DNA of 64,000 nt, from positions 1-64,000 of the IMG/VR virus record IMGVR_UViG_3300036766_000988; one strand, written 5' to 3'. The first letter of the stretch is position 1, and every line of letters begins with the position of its first letter. Made by a program: the position numbers and the translations under genes. Below the pieces are notes generated by a model. The model did not search any database. It was not told where the DNA came from and saw only the letters and a program-made list of their open reading frames with translations. This document shows, piece by piece, positions 10,172 through 21,173 of this stretch.

Positions 10172-12688
10172 CTATCCGTTGGAAGGGATGCTTACGCCAT
10201 CCCAGGGGCCGAAGACGACAGGACAAGTAGAAGTGGTTTGCGTGGAACTAAACTGCATCCATTTTTTGCTGTCGAGGGACTCACCCATGTTCCCACCTCC
10301 GACAACGTACATCCAGCGCATGGTACCTTTACGCATCTTCTGATTGACGAACGGGGAAGCCACCATAATGGGCTCACGAACCCTGGGAGGCGGGTTGGCG
10401 AAAGTGCAGGCCACCGTCTCCGGGTTCCAGTATTGCTGACCCAACACAGGAAGGCTACTGCCTGATTGACTAGCCAAACACCACCCGAGAAACTCCTGAA
10501 AGGCGTCCCCTGTTGGCATCCCTCGACGGCGGAAACCAACGTAGGGACTCCACGCCGGGCTAGAGTCACCGCCAGCCAAATAAGTCGTAACGGCCATGTC
10601 AGTCACGCTGCCTACGGTGTTCGTTAGCGTCCGCACACGGGTACCCGCGGTGACATTTGTCATAGCCAAACAAACATAGGGATCGACATCTCCATCTTCC
10701 GTATCGTCACAGCGCTGAAAACCACTGACGACAAATGACGTTGCATTGGTGCTAGAACAGCCCACGAACTGTGCCCACGAACCATCTTGACTGATGTTCG
10801 TGTCCTCGATGCAATTCGCGGCGATGACCTGAATCATTCCTGTGATGGCGCCGCCTGCTCCTGCGAGGTTGATGCTGTTAGAAGTTACAACCCCCGCGCC
10901 CCCCTGTCCAAGACAGCACAGCGTCCCCATCGTAGGGAATCCATTGGCGGTGGGGATGCCAGTAGCCCCACCAGGGGCGATCTGCGGCGTACAGTTAGTG
11001 AGCGAAGCCATCGTAGAGAAGCGTCCGGTAAGAGACCCGGTGATACCTTCCAGGTTCTGGTCGATGCACTGGTAGTACTCATGTCCATTGGATAGGGTGT
11101 TCTTCCACCACACATACTCGCGCACGTACTCGATAACAGTCGCCGAAGGAGTAACCGAGGCACCAGAGCCAGCGGCTGCAACCGATGAGGTGTCCCACCC
11201 ACGAGGCCCAGCACCACTGCCGTTCAGACGAGGAGCAACGACAATGTAACCAGTGCCTCCTGTTGCATCGGTAACGATGCCGAGGAACTCACCCGAAGCA
11301 CCCGTGGCCGCTTGAATGACATTCTCGCCACGGATGAAAGCCGGGCTCGGCACGCTGGTGCTGATGGGGATCTTCAAAGTCGAGGGGCCCTGGAGGCAGA
11401 GCCAAGCACCAATGGCGTGATCGACAGTCGTGTAGGCGAATGCCGTAGGATAGACATCCTGAACAGGGTCCCGCTCCATCCAGTGGATCGCGTGTGGGCC
11501 GCCCGAGCCTCCATCGCTACCCACCGCAGCAGCGTTGCGAATCTTGACACTCGTCGCACTAACGTAGCCCACGATCATCCACGTACCGTTGTTGGCCGCG
11601 TTCGAGCAGTTCGAAAGCGTGATGCGGTGCCCGACGGAACTCAGGGTCATCCCCGTGAGACCTGTGACCGTAGCAACACCGTTCAGCACCGTGCTGATGT
11701 CCGCAACGAGACCGCCCGCCTTTTCAGTCCAGGTGATGAAGCCGTTGGCCAGGTCTTGGTAAGGATCGGGCGAATTGACGAACGTCTCCTGCCAACGAAT
11801 TGAGCCGTTGTTCGCATCCGTCGCACCCCCCGCGTTAGTCCACTGGACGCTCGATGAGCTGATGTACGCGGTGATCAAGAACGTGCCGTTGTTCCCGGCC
11901 GTCGTAGCACCACTGATCTTGATGTAGTGCCCAACCGAGGCGGGTGTCATGTTCACAAGACCAGTGGCCGTAATCGTGGTCACGGCCAACGTGAGGGTGG
12001 CATTATTCCCACCATTCGGAAAAGTTGTCACGCCAAACCCACACGGGTTGTAGATAGTGACACTCGTCGCAGAGATAAACGAGGCGATACGATAGGTACC
12101 ATTAAGCGCACTGTTGTACGCATTGGCGATCGTGAGCGCGTGGTTAACAGAATCCGCCGTCATGCCCGTCAGGCCAGTAACTGTCATGACCGTGTTGGTC
12201 ATGACATAGAAGTCACCGAGGTTATACGTACCCGAGGATAGGTTGGCTGTAAAACCCCCCATGGAGATAGTAGGGCTACCGTTGTTCAGAGGCACGTTCG
12301 AGGTGTAGGTGAGGCCTCCATCAATCGACCAACGAAGACGCGCGTTACCACTGAGGAGAGTGCCCCCTGTCGTAATTTCGATCCGAAGATTGAAATAAAC
12401 TGTGGGGGTGCCCGTCAAGTTAATCACCGGGGATGTGCCGGTCTGCGTGAAAGGCACACTGACGCTTGCCGCAGTGCCCGTCTGCGCCCCCACCGTAGCG
12501 AGGTTTACAAAACCGCCGACGGACCAAAGGTCAAGAGAGGCGTTTCCCGTCGTCTCCTTCGCGAACGAATCCGCACTTGCCTTGTAGGTCCAGCCTGCCG
12601 CCAACATGGCGCGTGTGGCTTTCCACACGGCGTGAAAACCTTCACCCGTCGTGTTGAGGTACGTGTTGGGAATGACGATATTCGGCAT
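10172..12688 (-). CDS. Fibre/appendage-like virion protein, paralog 4 of 4
   Basis: Shared N-terminal WKATRAMLAAGWTYKAS, LQGPSTLKIP core, C-terminal QKMRKG.MRW...GPWDG; 3 NGT repeats. Confidence 0.7.
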   Translation of the reverse strand: MPNIVIPNTYLNTTGEGFHAVWKATRAMLAAGWTYKASADSFAKETTGNASLDLWSVGGFVNLATVGAQTGTAASVSVPFTQTGTSPVINLTGTPTVYFNLRIEITTGGTLLSGNARLRWSIDGGLTYTSNVPLNNGSPTISMGGFTANLSSGTYNLGDFYVMTNTVMTVTGLTGMTADSVNHALTIANAYNSALNGTYRIASFISATSVTIYNPCGFGVTTFPNGGNNATLTLAVTTITATGLVNMTPASVGHYIKISGATTAGNNGTFLITAYISSSSVQWTNAGGATDANNGSIRWQETFVNSPDPYQDLANGFITWTEKAGGLVADISTVLNGVATVTGLTGMTLSSVGHRITLSNCSNAANNGTWMIVGYVSATSVKIRNAAAVGSDGGSGGPHAIHWMERDPVQDVYPTAFAYTTVDHAIGAWLCLQGPSTLKIPISTSVPSPAFIRGENVIQAATGASGEFLGIVTDATGGTGYIVVAPRLNGSGAGPRGWDTSSVAAAGSGASVTPSATVIEYVREYVWWKNTLSNGHEYYQCIDQNLEGITGSLTGRFSTMASLTNCTPQIAPGGATGIPTANGFPTMGTLCCLGQGGAGVVTSNSINLAGAGGAITGMIQVIAANCIEDTNISQDGSWAQFVGCSSTNATSFVVSGFQRCDDTEDGDVDPYVCLAMTNVTAGTRVRTLTNTVGSVTDMAVTTYLAGGDSSPAWSPYVGFRRRGMPTGDAFQEFLGWCLASQSGSSLPVLGQQYWNPETVACTFANPPPRVREPIMVASPFVNQKMRKGTMRWMYVVGGGNMGESLDSKKWMQFSSTQTTSTCPVVFGPWDGVSIPSNG

Positions 12689-12697
12689 GGTCTTCTC

Positions 12698-14968
12698 TCA
12701 GGCGTTCGTGGGGGTGGTCTGACCGTCCCAGGGGCCCGCAACGACAGGACCGTTGATGCCTGTCCCCAATTGTATCCAAGTGCCACTAAGGTAGGTCGTG
12801 TTCGCCACGCCACCTTCGGTAAGCATGCACCAACGCATGCGGCCTTTGCGCATCTTCTGGAGCACTTGTGTAGAGACAACCCAGACGTCATCTTTCACGA
12901 ACAAGTTGGTGGCCACCTGTGTCGCCACTTTACCCGGCTGCTGCGGGTTCGTGGAGACCAACAAAGCTGCGGCACTTGCACCGGCACAGCCCGTAGCGAC
13001 CGCCTGAAATTCTTGATACGCATCACCTGTGGGAAACCCTCGGCGACGCCAGCCCTTGTAGGGGGAGAAGGCACTGAGTAGGAAGAAAGCGTTTGCCTCA
13101 AAATAATCGACATTGCTTATTACAGATGTGTTGGTGGTTCGAGTAGATCCGTTCATCGGATAGGCGCCGCTGCTCCCGCAGGGGTTCCACACAACATACG
13201 GGTCAACGTCACCTTCCTCACCATCGTCGCAGCGCATGAACATAGTGCCGAAGTACACAGCAGGGCTAGAACCCGCTCCACCAATGGCAGCAATCCATGA
13301 CCCATCCGCGCTCACACCAGAACCCTCAATGCAATTAGTACACATGAACTGCGTGTTCCCGAGGTTCGTCGCGTTGCCTGATGTACCAAACCAGTTGTTG
13401 GCTCCCGTGCCCGCAGCGTTGCTGCCCCCCGTGCCAAGCGACACGTAGGAACCAGCAACAGGGAACGTATTGGTAGCTCCTCCGGGACAAACAGACGTCG
13501 TGGTACCGGTGTTACCAGCAAGGCTCGAAAACCGGGCAGCTCCTTCTAGGGCCTGATCAATGGTCTGGTGGAACATGTGCCCTTGAAACGCGGAGTTCTT
13601 CCAAAAGACCACCTCACGTACGTACTCAACTGGCACCGAGTTCACTGGCGTCGTGATGGTTGCACCCGAGGTTACCCCAGTGATCGTGTCAGTGTTGTTC
13701 GTATTGTTCCATCCGCGGGGCCCTGTTGCTTGAGCCCCAGTACCACTCAGACGGGGTTCGACCACGATGAACCCAAGTCCTCCCACCGTATCAAGACAGA
13801 GCCCTGTGATGAGGCCTTGGGCCCCTGTCGTCGTCTGTGTGACAACCTCACCCTTGACAAAAGTACCTGTGGGGATGTTGGTCCCGACCGGGATCTTCAT
13901 CGTTGATGGACCTTGAAGGTTCAGCCACGCACCAGCGCCCGTAGCTCCTTGAAGATGTAGACCATACGTCTGTGAAAGAGGGCTGGTCTCTGACCAGATG
14001 AGAGTGCCCACGCTGGCATCCGAAGTCACCGGCAGGGGAGAAGAAGAACTCTCAACCCAATGAATGTTGGGGCTATTGGCATCGGAGGCAACACCCGCAG
14101 GGTTGGCGTAACCGACACTTGTAGCTGAGTTGAAAACTGTGATGAGGAACGTGCCGTTGTTACCGGCCGAGGCCGCTCCTGAGATGGTGATGTAACGCCC
14201 AACCGAAGCTGCCGTGAAATTGACGCCTCCCGTGAGGGTCACAGTGGGTGTCACGAAGGTCGTAATCGAAGCAGCGATCCCGTTATTCAGATTCGCTTCT
14301 CGTGCAATTTCCACTGACGTAGCCGAAACAACGCGGGTGATCAGATACGTGCCGTTGTTTGTCGGAGTGGTCGCGTTAGCGATCGTGATGCGGTCACCAA
14401 CCGACCCTCGGCTGAGCGGAGAAGTCGTGGGGGTCACCATGCCGGTCAAACCGGTCAAAATAGCCCGGCCCGGGATAGCCCCAGCCGTTCCAGTTGCCGT
14501 AATGGTGGCCCCTGCCCCACCATGCTTCTCGGTCCACGTCGTTGTGGAGCTACCTGTCTCCAAAACAGCACCAGGATTCCAGACTGTAACGGAGGTGCCA
14601 GCCTGGGCCGTGATCCTGAATGTGCCGTTGTTGTTTGCGTTCAACGCACCGGAGATGGTGAGAAACCGGCCAACGGAGTTCGCCACGAAGCCCGAAACGA
14701 GCGTGATGATAGAGGTACCGCTGGAGGCCGCTGCGATCTGGGGAGCCGTACCTGTCTGGGCGCCAACCTGGATTAGGTTAATCCCCCCACCAACAGCCCA
14801 CTGGTCTTTTGACGCATCGAAGGTGGTGTCTTTGGCCGCTCCTGTCGCAGTACCGCTTGCCTTGTACCTCCACCCGGCAGCAAGCATCACCCGCGTGAGC
14901 TTCCATTGGATGTTGAAAGGCTCCGTCTGAAGGAATGCTTGATAGTTGGGGACGACGACGTGGGACAT
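12698..14968 (-). CDS. Fibre/appendage-like virion protein, paralog 3 of 4
   Basis: Same conserved blocks; 3 NNGT repeats. Confidence 0.7.
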   Translation of the reverse strand: MSHVVVPNYQAFLQTEPFNIQWKLTRVMLAAGWRYKASGTATGAAKDTTFDASKDQWAVGGGINLIQVGAQTGTAPQIAAASSGTSIITLVSGFVANSVGRFLTISGALNANNNGTFRITAQAGTSVTVWNPGAVLETGSSTTTWTEKHGGAGATITATGTAGAIPGRAILTGLTGMVTPTTSPLSRGSVGDRITIANATTPTNNGTYLITRVVSATSVEIAREANLNNGIAASITTFVTPTVTLTGGVNFTAASVGRYITISGAASAGNNGTFLITVFNSATSVGYANPAGVASDANSPNIHWVESSSSPLPVTSDASVGTLIWSETSPLSQTYGLHLQGATGAGAWLNLQGPSTMKIPVGTNIPTGTFVKGEVVTQTTTGAQGLITGLCLDTVGGLGFIVVEPRLSGTGAQATGPRGWNNTNNTDTITGVTSGATITTPVNSVPVEYVREVVFWKNSAFQGHMFHQTIDQALEGAARFSSLAGNTGTTTSVCPGGATNTFPVAGSYVSLGTGGSNAAGTGANNWFGTSGNATNLGNTQFMCTNCIEGSGVSADGSWIAAIGGAGSSPAVYFGTMFMRCDDGEEGDVDPYVVWNPCGSSGAYPMNGSTRTTNTSVISNVDYFEANAFFLLSAFSPYKGWRRRGFPTGDAYQEFQAVATGCAGASAAALLVSTNPQQPGKVATQVATNLFVKDDVWVVSTQVLQKMRKGRMRWCMLTEGGVANTTYLSGTWIQLGTGINGPVVAGPWDGQTTPTNA

Positions 14969-14980
14969 AGCTTCCTCAGA

Positions 14981-16741
14981 TCACTGATTGACCGGCGTGG
15001 TCGTGCCGTCTGCGGGCCCCGCAACGATGGGAAAAGGCGAAGCGAGTGTGCCACCGCTTGAGAGCTGGATCCAACGTTTGGTATCGAAGGTGTCGTTACC
15101 CGCGTTGCCGCTGCTGATATACCACCAGCGGAGACAGCCCTTGCGAATTTTGAAATTGGTCTGCTGCCCGACGGGCGGCGATGGGTTCACGTGGTCATTC
15201 ACCACATAGATAGGGTCCCGCACCTTTGTAGACGTTATGGTACAAGCAACCGTATCAACAGTTGTAGGAGTAACGCCCATGAGCAAGGCGTTCGCACCTT
15301 GCGCTGCACCGTAGGCGAGGATCCAGGAATCCCCGTTCATCACCCCACCCGAGGCGTAGCCACGCCGACGCCAACTGGTGAAACAAGTCTCCCCCGAGAT
15401 CGCGAAGTTGTTCGTAGTGAACGCATCCCCAGAAGCTGAATTCACATTGGAGTTGGCCGTGCGGGTTGCGTTGAGCCAACTGCCAGATGAAGTGGGAAGA
15501 GCCCATGCGTAGGGCTCAACATCCCCATCCTCCTGATCATCAAGGCGGTGAAAACCGAAGCCTTCGTAGGTGGTCGTCCCCGTAAGGGGCGTACCCCCAG
15601 CCCATGTAAAAGTACCATCCGCAGAGATATTGGCGTCCTCGATGGCATTGGCGCAGAGAAACTGGCATTTACCAAGATTGATAGCGACGCCGCCCCCGGA
15701 CCACGTGACGCTCGTGCCGGTAATCGCAGCCCCAGAACCCCCAGTCCCCGTCACTGCGTACGTACCGTAGAGCGGAAAACCATTGGTGGCGGGGTTGTTT
15801 CCTATGCTTCCACCTGGGCAGATCACAATGGTGCTCTGCCCTCCGGTGATCATAGTGGAAAAGCGACCCGTACCGATAGGCGAGGGTGCGGCCTCCGAGG
15901 CTTGATCAATCACTTGGTAGTAGGTGTGCCCGATGGTCGCGCTTCCTTTCCAAAACACAACCTCGCGTACAAACTCGATGACCGTTGTCGACGGCGTGAT
16001 GGTCGCACCCGATTTGGCCCCGGTGAGGAGATCAGTGGACCAACCGCGTGGGCCCGAACCAATACCGCTGACCCGCGGAGCAAAGACCATGTAGCCCTGG
16101 CCCCCAGCATCGGTGACGATGCCCATGAACTCGCCCTGGGCTCCGCTCGTCGTCTGAGTAACGTTCTCACCAGGAATGAACGTGCCCGTAGGGGTCGCGG
16201 CACCGATGGGCACCTTCATCGTGCTGGGGCCCTGCCCGCACCACCAAGCGCCCACACCCGAGGCCCCGGTGATGTTCGCCGGAAGCGTGTCAGTAAGCGC
16301 GCTCAGTTCCGTCCACGTGGCGGTGCCCGGTGTGGTCTCAGCAATGGCCGCTGGGTTCTCGATGTCCACCGAGGTCGCCGAATTGTACTTCGTGATGAGC
16401 CATGTGCCGACATTCGCCCCGTTGGTCGCACCCGTAATTTTCAGAAAGTGGCCAGGCGAAGTCGACGTGAAGCCAGTAAGCCCGGTAATAACTGCACGTC
16501 CCCCGAACTTCGTGGAGTTTGGGGCAGCGATCGTGAACGCGACTGTGGCCGTTTGCGCTCCGACCTGTACGCCAGCTCCCCACTTGTCATTGTTGGGGTT
16601 GCCCGTCGTGTCCTGCGCGACCGCATCAGAACTACCCTTGTAGCGCCAGCCCGCAGCCTTCATGGCACGCGTCAACTTCCAGATCCCGCTGGATTGGTCG
16701 TTCGACGTGTTGAGCAGGAAGTTCTCGACTTGGATGTCCAT
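14981..16741 (-). CDS. Fibre/appendage-like virion protein, paralog 2 of 4
   Basis: Same blocks; 1 repeat; start revised to MDIQVEN at 16741, 2 nt after the upstream TAG. Confidence 0.7.
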   Translation of the reverse strand: MDIQVENFLLNTSNDQSSGIWKLTRAMKAAGWRYKGSSDAVAQDTTGNPNNDKWGAGVQVGAQTATVAFTIAAPNSTKFGGRAVITGLTGFTSTSPGHFLKITGATNGANVGTWLITKYNSATSVDIENPAAIAETTPGTATWTELSALTDTLPANITGASGVGAWWCGQGPSTMKVPIGAATPTGTFIPGENVTQTTSGAQGEFMGIVTDAGGQGYMVFAPRVSGIGSGPRGWSTDLLTGAKSGATITPSTTVIEFVREVVFWKGSATIGHTYYQVIDQASEAAPSPIGTGRFSTMITGGQSTIVICPGGSIGNNPATNGFPLYGTYAVTGTGGSGAAITGTSVTWSGGGVAINLGKCQFLCANAIEDANISADGTFTWAGGTPLTGTTTYEGFGFHRLDDQEDGDVEPYAWALPTSSGSWLNATRTANSNVNSASGDAFTTNNFAISGETCFTSWRRRGYASGGVMNGDSWILAYGAAQGANALLMGVTPTTVDTVACTITSTKVRDPIYVVNDHVNPSPPVGQQTNFKIRKGCLRWWYISSGNAGNDTFDTKRWIQLSSGGTLASPFPIVAGPADGTTTPVNQ

Positions 16742-16743
16742 GG

Positions 16744-18756
16744 CTACATCCCTAAGTTCGGAAGGGTGGCGCCATCCCACGGACCAACGACAATAGGTCC
16801 TGCGGCGGCACCGGTTACTATCGCAGGAGCAAGCTGAATAAAAGCCCCATTGAACAACAGTCGGTTACAAGGCCCCCCTTCCGTAGCAAACCACCAACGT
16901 GAGTAACCCTTGCGCATCTTCTGACCTGATTGGAAGCTCGCGACGTATAGCGCCTCACGTGTCGGCATATTGTTGTTGGGGTGATTAGCTACCTTGTATG
17001 GGTATGTCTGGTTGCTATTGTTGAATGGAGCGTTGCTACAGAGCTGACCGAAACCGAAGTCCTGGTACGCGTCAGCCGAGGCAAAGGTACGTCGACGCCA
17101 ACCCCGACCGCAAGTAACGAGAGCCGTCCCGATGGTACCCGTGTAAAGAATCGGCCCGCTCTGAAACGCGGCCGACACAAAAACAGTGCGCGTTGCAGAG
17201 TTCACCGCAGAAGCATTATAGACGAATGCGACGTAGGGATCGAGATCGCCGTCCTCGGACCCATCCACGTGCATCCACGCCGTGCAGATGTAGAGGCCAA
17301 CAGCCGAGGACAATGCCCCCTGAAGAAGTGTCCAAGAACCATCCGCGCTGTGGGTGGAATCCTCAATGCAGTTCGCACAAAGGGCGTGTACGGCACCTCC
17401 ATAGGTCAAACCTGAATAGGCATTGTGCCACTGGGTAGTCCCTGTGCCCGCCGCGTTCGAACCGCCCGTCCCGAAGAGCACGTAGGAACCCGCTGCTGGG
17501 AACGTGCCGGTTGGGCCGCCAGGAGCAACAGTATTGGTAACACCTGCTGCTGCCGCAAGGACAGAAAAGCGGGAGGCATTCTCCGCCGCATTGTCGACGA
17601 CCTGCGTCCAGCAGTGCCCCAACGCTCCGGTGTTCTTCCAAATAACCAATTCGCGGACTAGTTCGATGGTCGCCACGTTAGCTGAGGTCACGGTGACCCC
17701 CGAGGCACCACCAGTGATAGTATCGGTGCCCCCGGTAGTCCAGCCGCGAACACCACCCCCTGTACCGTTGAGACGCGGTTCAACCACAAGGAATCCGAGG
17801 CCACCGCCAGTGTCGGTAACGCATCCGAGAATGGTGCCCGTGGCTCCTGATGTTGTCTGGGTGACCAACTCGTTAGTGAGGAAGGCGCCCGAGGGAACAT
17901 TCGTGCCAATGAAGACCTTCAAAGTCGATGGACCCTGAAGATCAATCCATGCTCCGTTACCCGTCGCGCCCGTGATGCTGAGCGGGTAAGTCTGCTGCGT
18001 CGGACTACACTCTGACCAGACAAGAGAGCCGTTGCTCGCATCCGTCGTCGCCGAAGCGTTGTCGATCTCCACCGAGGTCGAGGAGATCACCCTCGTGATC
18101 ATGAAAGTACCGTTGTTTGCGCCGGTGGTTGCACCAGCGATCGTGATGCGATCTCCGACGGAGCCTCGCACTACGGGGAAGGCAACCGACGCGACGAAGG
18201 GCGTGCCAGAGGAGACCGCGAAAATGGAGCGGCCCACCGTCGCGCCACCCGTCGATACGGCGGTGATTGATCCGTTGGCCCCACCCTGCTTCTCCGTCCA
18301 CGTGACCACAGTCGTCTCTGTAGTAGACGCTGGATTCCAGACCTTGACCGTCGTAGCGCTCGTAAAGGACACGATACGGAAAGTGCCGTTGTTCACCGCG
18401 TTGGCGGCCCCAGAGATGGTAAGAAACCGACCTGGAGACAGCGTGCTAGAGAAGGTAGCACCCGTGATCACATGCGTGACGGTGCCATCGTTGTTGGCGG
18501 TCATCGCGTCTGAACTAAAGCCCGTCTGTGCGTTCGAGTTCAGTGCGACACCGCCGCCAACGCCCCACTTCTCGTTGAGAAAGTTGCCATCTGTACTCTT
18601 AGTACCACCGGCGGTCGCATCCCCCGAACCCTTATACTTCCAGCCTGCCGCGAGGAGACCCCGAGTAAGTACCCAAAAGGCAAAGAAGGCATCCGTTGGC
18701 GCAGATGTAGCGGGCGCCGTGGGAGGATTGCGGTTGGTGAGGATAGCGTGCGGCAT
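16744..18756 (-). CDS. Fibre/appendage-like virion protein, paralog 1 of 4
   Basis: Same blocks; 2 NNGT repeats. Confidence 0.7.
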   Translation of the reverse strand: MPHAILTNRNPPTAPATSAPTDAFFAFWVLTRGLLAAGWKYKGSGDATAGGTKSTDGNFLNEKWGVGGGVALNSNAQTGFSSDAMTANNDGTVTHVITGATFSSTLSPGRFLTISGAANAVNNGTFRIVSFTSATTVKVWNPASTTETTVVTWTEKQGGANGSITAVSTGGATVGRSIFAVSSGTPFVASVAFPVVRGSVGDRITIAGATTGANNGTFMITRVISSTSVEIDNASATTDASNGSLVWSECSPTQQTYPLSITGATGNGAWIDLQGPSTLKVFIGTNVPSGAFLTNELVTQTTSGATGTILGCVTDTGGGLGFLVVEPRLNGTGGGVRGWTTGGTDTITGGASGVTVTSANVATIELVRELVIWKNTGALGHCWTQVVDNAAENASRFSVLAAAAGVTNTVAPGGPTGTFPAAGSYVLFGTGGSNAAGTGTTQWHNAYSGLTYGGAVHALCANCIEDSTHSADGSWTLLQGALSSAVGLYICTAWMHVDGSEDGDLDPYVAFVYNASAVNSATRTVFVSAAFQSGPILYTGTIGTALVTCGRGWRRRTFASADAYQDFGFGQLCSNAPFNNSNQTYPYKVANHPNNNMPTREALYVASFQSGQKMRKGYSRWWFATEGGPCNRLLFNGAFIQLAPAIVTGAAAGPIVVGPWDGATLPNLGM

Positions 18757-18762
18757 GGTCTG

Positions 18763-19953
18763 TTATGCCCAGGTAGCAGTCACGCGAGCCGAAGTGCATT
18801 CGACGTGATCGTTGGTGCCGCCCGCCGCCATGAACATCTGCACTTCGTAGTCCTTTTGGGAACCAGGAAGTGTGAGAGCGCCTGACGTGACGGTAGTCGA
18901 GAGCGTCGCTAGAGATGTCAGGACAGATCCCGCGACGATACCGCTGTCCGTGAGGTTGTAGAGCTGGATCGTGACCTGTGGGGCAGTCGTATCGACCACC
19001 GCTTGAAAGATGAATTGCGCGTTCGACGGGTACTTACTTGGATCCAAACGGAACGAGCCAATACGGGTTGCCACCGTCTGGCTGGTTGTTTGAAGACCAA
19101 TGACCCCTTCGATGTCATCCGAGTGAGGAAGCACCAGGGGATCAATCGCGGCAAGATACGTCCGCGTCCAGTTCGTCCCATCGAACCCGACCTCAAAACC
19201 ATACGAGAACGTGCCGCTAGGTGGAGCCGGAAGAGATACGATCACGGCCCCACCGACACCGCTGTGAAGCACGAAGTTGCCAGCACCTGCGGTCATGTTG
19301 ACTCGGTACTTGAAGCGCTTGCCCGTGGACGGGGGCCCTGTTGTCACCAGCTCTTCGGTGTAAACCCCCGTACCGGTCATGTTGATGACCCGCCAAGGGT
19401 TGCTAGTACCATCCGTGATCGAAACGGTACTCGGACCTGCCGCTACGAAGTTGACCGTGCTGGAAAGACCCAAGAATCGTCCGACACGAGACCTCAAGAA
19501 GCGAAAGACGGCATCAAGAAAAACATTCGTGGAAGCGTCCGCTCGGCCTTCCCAGCCTGCCTGTTGGGCTGCGGCAGATCCCCCGATGTTGGTCATCGGG
19601 CCAGTCATCCCAGCGCTTGGCAAGACGAGGCTGTAGTCAGCGTCTCCGATGGCGAAGAACCGGACATCCGTGGTCACCACAGGTCCAGGGTCGGTTCGAA
19701 CCAATTTGATGATGTAGACGCCGTCTGTCGTCAGATCACCAGCGCTGATGTTCGCTGTCTGGGTCGAGGCGTTGTTGACGGTAGGAGGTGAGCCGAGAGG
19801 CCCAGGGAACCCCACGATCGTCCACGCCCACGTCGCACCAGCACCTGCCGCATCGGTGAAATTCACCTGTACGCCAGTCGTGTACCCAAGCGCCGACTGC
19901 CCCGCTGGGGTCGTGGTGATTCCCTGGGAAAACTGGATCTGCGCAGCAGGCAT
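18763..19953 (-). CDS. Structural protein (PKD/Ig-like N-terminus)
   Basis: 396 aa T/G-rich; TWAWTIVG..P..S and GVYIIKLV pattern. Confidence 0.5.
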   Translation of the reverse strand: MPAAQIQFSQGITTTPAGQSALGYTTGVQVNFTDAAGAGATWAWTIVGFPGPLGSPPTVNNASTQTANISAGDLTTDGVYIIKLVRTDPGPVVTTDVRFFAIGDADYSLVLPSAGMTGPMTNIGGSAAAQQAGWEGRADASTNVFLDAVFRFLRSRVGRFLGLSSTVNFVAAGPSTVSITDGTSNPWRVINMTGTGVYTEELVTTGPPSTGKRFKYRVNMTAGAGNFVLHSGVGGAVIVSLPAPPSGTFSYGFEVGFDGTNWTRTYLAAIDPLVLPHSDDIEGVIGLQTTSQTVATRIGSFRLDPSKYPSNAQFIFQAVVDTTAPQVTIQLYNLTDSGIVAGSVLTSLATLSTTVTSGALTLPGSQKDYEVQMFMAAGGTNDHVECTSARVTATWA

Positions 19954-20108
19954 CGACTAGGCTCCCGCATCGAAGGAAATTCGGGCGACCCCTCGTAACT
20001 CCACGTTCTTTGCAACGAGCGCTCAAACCATGGTCTCAACAGGTCAAGCCCTGCCATGCCTCGGTAAATCGCTTATACGGCCTCCGGACCCACCCGGCAC
20101 AAGCCTTG

Positions 20109-20879
20109 CTAAAGTCCAGCCCAAGAATCAAAACCCGTCCCCTTGCTTCTTCCCTTGAGAGTAGTGCTGATCTTAGCCCTAGTCTCAGCACTGACCTGGT
20201 GCCCTTTTTTCGCAGCACTGATCTTGGCTTTGGTCTCAGCACTGTGTCCTCTAGGTCGTTCCACACTACCGGGAAGCCGCCATCCTTTGTGAGATGCCTG
20301 TCTACCTTTAGCAACCCCACACATCTTTGGTGCAGACAGCTCGCGTGAAGCACAGAAAACCCGCATGTTCGTGAACGTGATCTCCTGTCCAGAAGGATCA
20401 ACGAAGCAGTAGGTCTTCCCTGGGTTGATGCAGGCTACTGGCATCTTCCGACCCTGCATTGTCTCCGCTCGTTTTTTACGAGCTTCAGGAGATGTCCGCA
20501 AACCCGTATGGACTCTGGACATGAGCGCCCGAGTTTGGGCACTGTGCCGATACCCACCCCTCTTTCTCCCTTCTGAAATGAGGCGTTTCATCTCAGGGGA
20601 TGCCGCCCCGTACCCATCCCCAGCGAACAAGTTGTACCCGTTGGGAGCAAAGGTGTTCAGAGTGGTCGCCCAGAACTTTTCCTTCTCATTCAGATCGGTC
20701 TGGCTGGTGCATTCACACAAAACCTCGGCCGAGAAGTTCTCTTTACCGTACTTCTGCATCGCTGCTGAAATCGGCATGTGCTTGCCGGAACTGGGCCAGC
20801 CATGACGATACAGACGGTACTTCAACGACTTCGTCGTTTGCCCTACGTACCGCTTACCGTTCAGCAGATTCGTCAGGCG
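20109..20879 (-). pseudogene. GIY-YIG homing endonuclease with NUMOD3 repeats, 5'-truncated
   Basis: RLTNLLNGKRYVGQT...PNGYNL and HSAETKAKIS repeats are present, but the GIY strand and a credible start are missing. Confidence 0.7.
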
Positions 20880-21144
20880 TTTTCTCGGAGCAAAGCCTGC
20901 TGAACCTGTAGGCAAATTCGAGCTACCTCCCGATCACCTGTTCGGGATGGAAGTGCCGAAAAACGGATCGGCCTGCTCCAAGTGCAAGTTCCTCCAGAAG
21001 CGTTCCGAGGGGGAGACGGTCGATCACTGCACGTCGGACTACTTCAAGAACTGGCGAAAGAGCCTCGGGAAAACCGACCCAACCCTCATCCCAGCCCCCG
21101 CCGACCAGTACTGCTGCGACGTCTTCGCCCAGACGTCTGGCTAG
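20872..21144 (+). CDS. Cys-rich small protein, apparently 5'-truncated (VRRFL tag)
   Basis: Frame is open upstream of ATG 20947 (VRRFLGAKPAEPVGKFELPPDHLFGMEVPKNGSACSKC) with no start codon back to the stop at 20803-20805. Confidence 0.55.
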   Translation, partial: VRRFLGAKPAEPVGKFELPPDHLFGMEVPKNGSACSKCKFLQKRSEGETVDHCTSDYFKNWRKSLGKTDPTLIPAPADQYCCDVFAQTSG

Positions 21145-21173
21145 GGCACTTATCGCAGGTTCTTCGTAGAACC

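Noticed and set aside
19954-20915. Group I intron around the GIY-YIG gene
   Set aside because: No interrupted host gene or recognisable core elements found by eye
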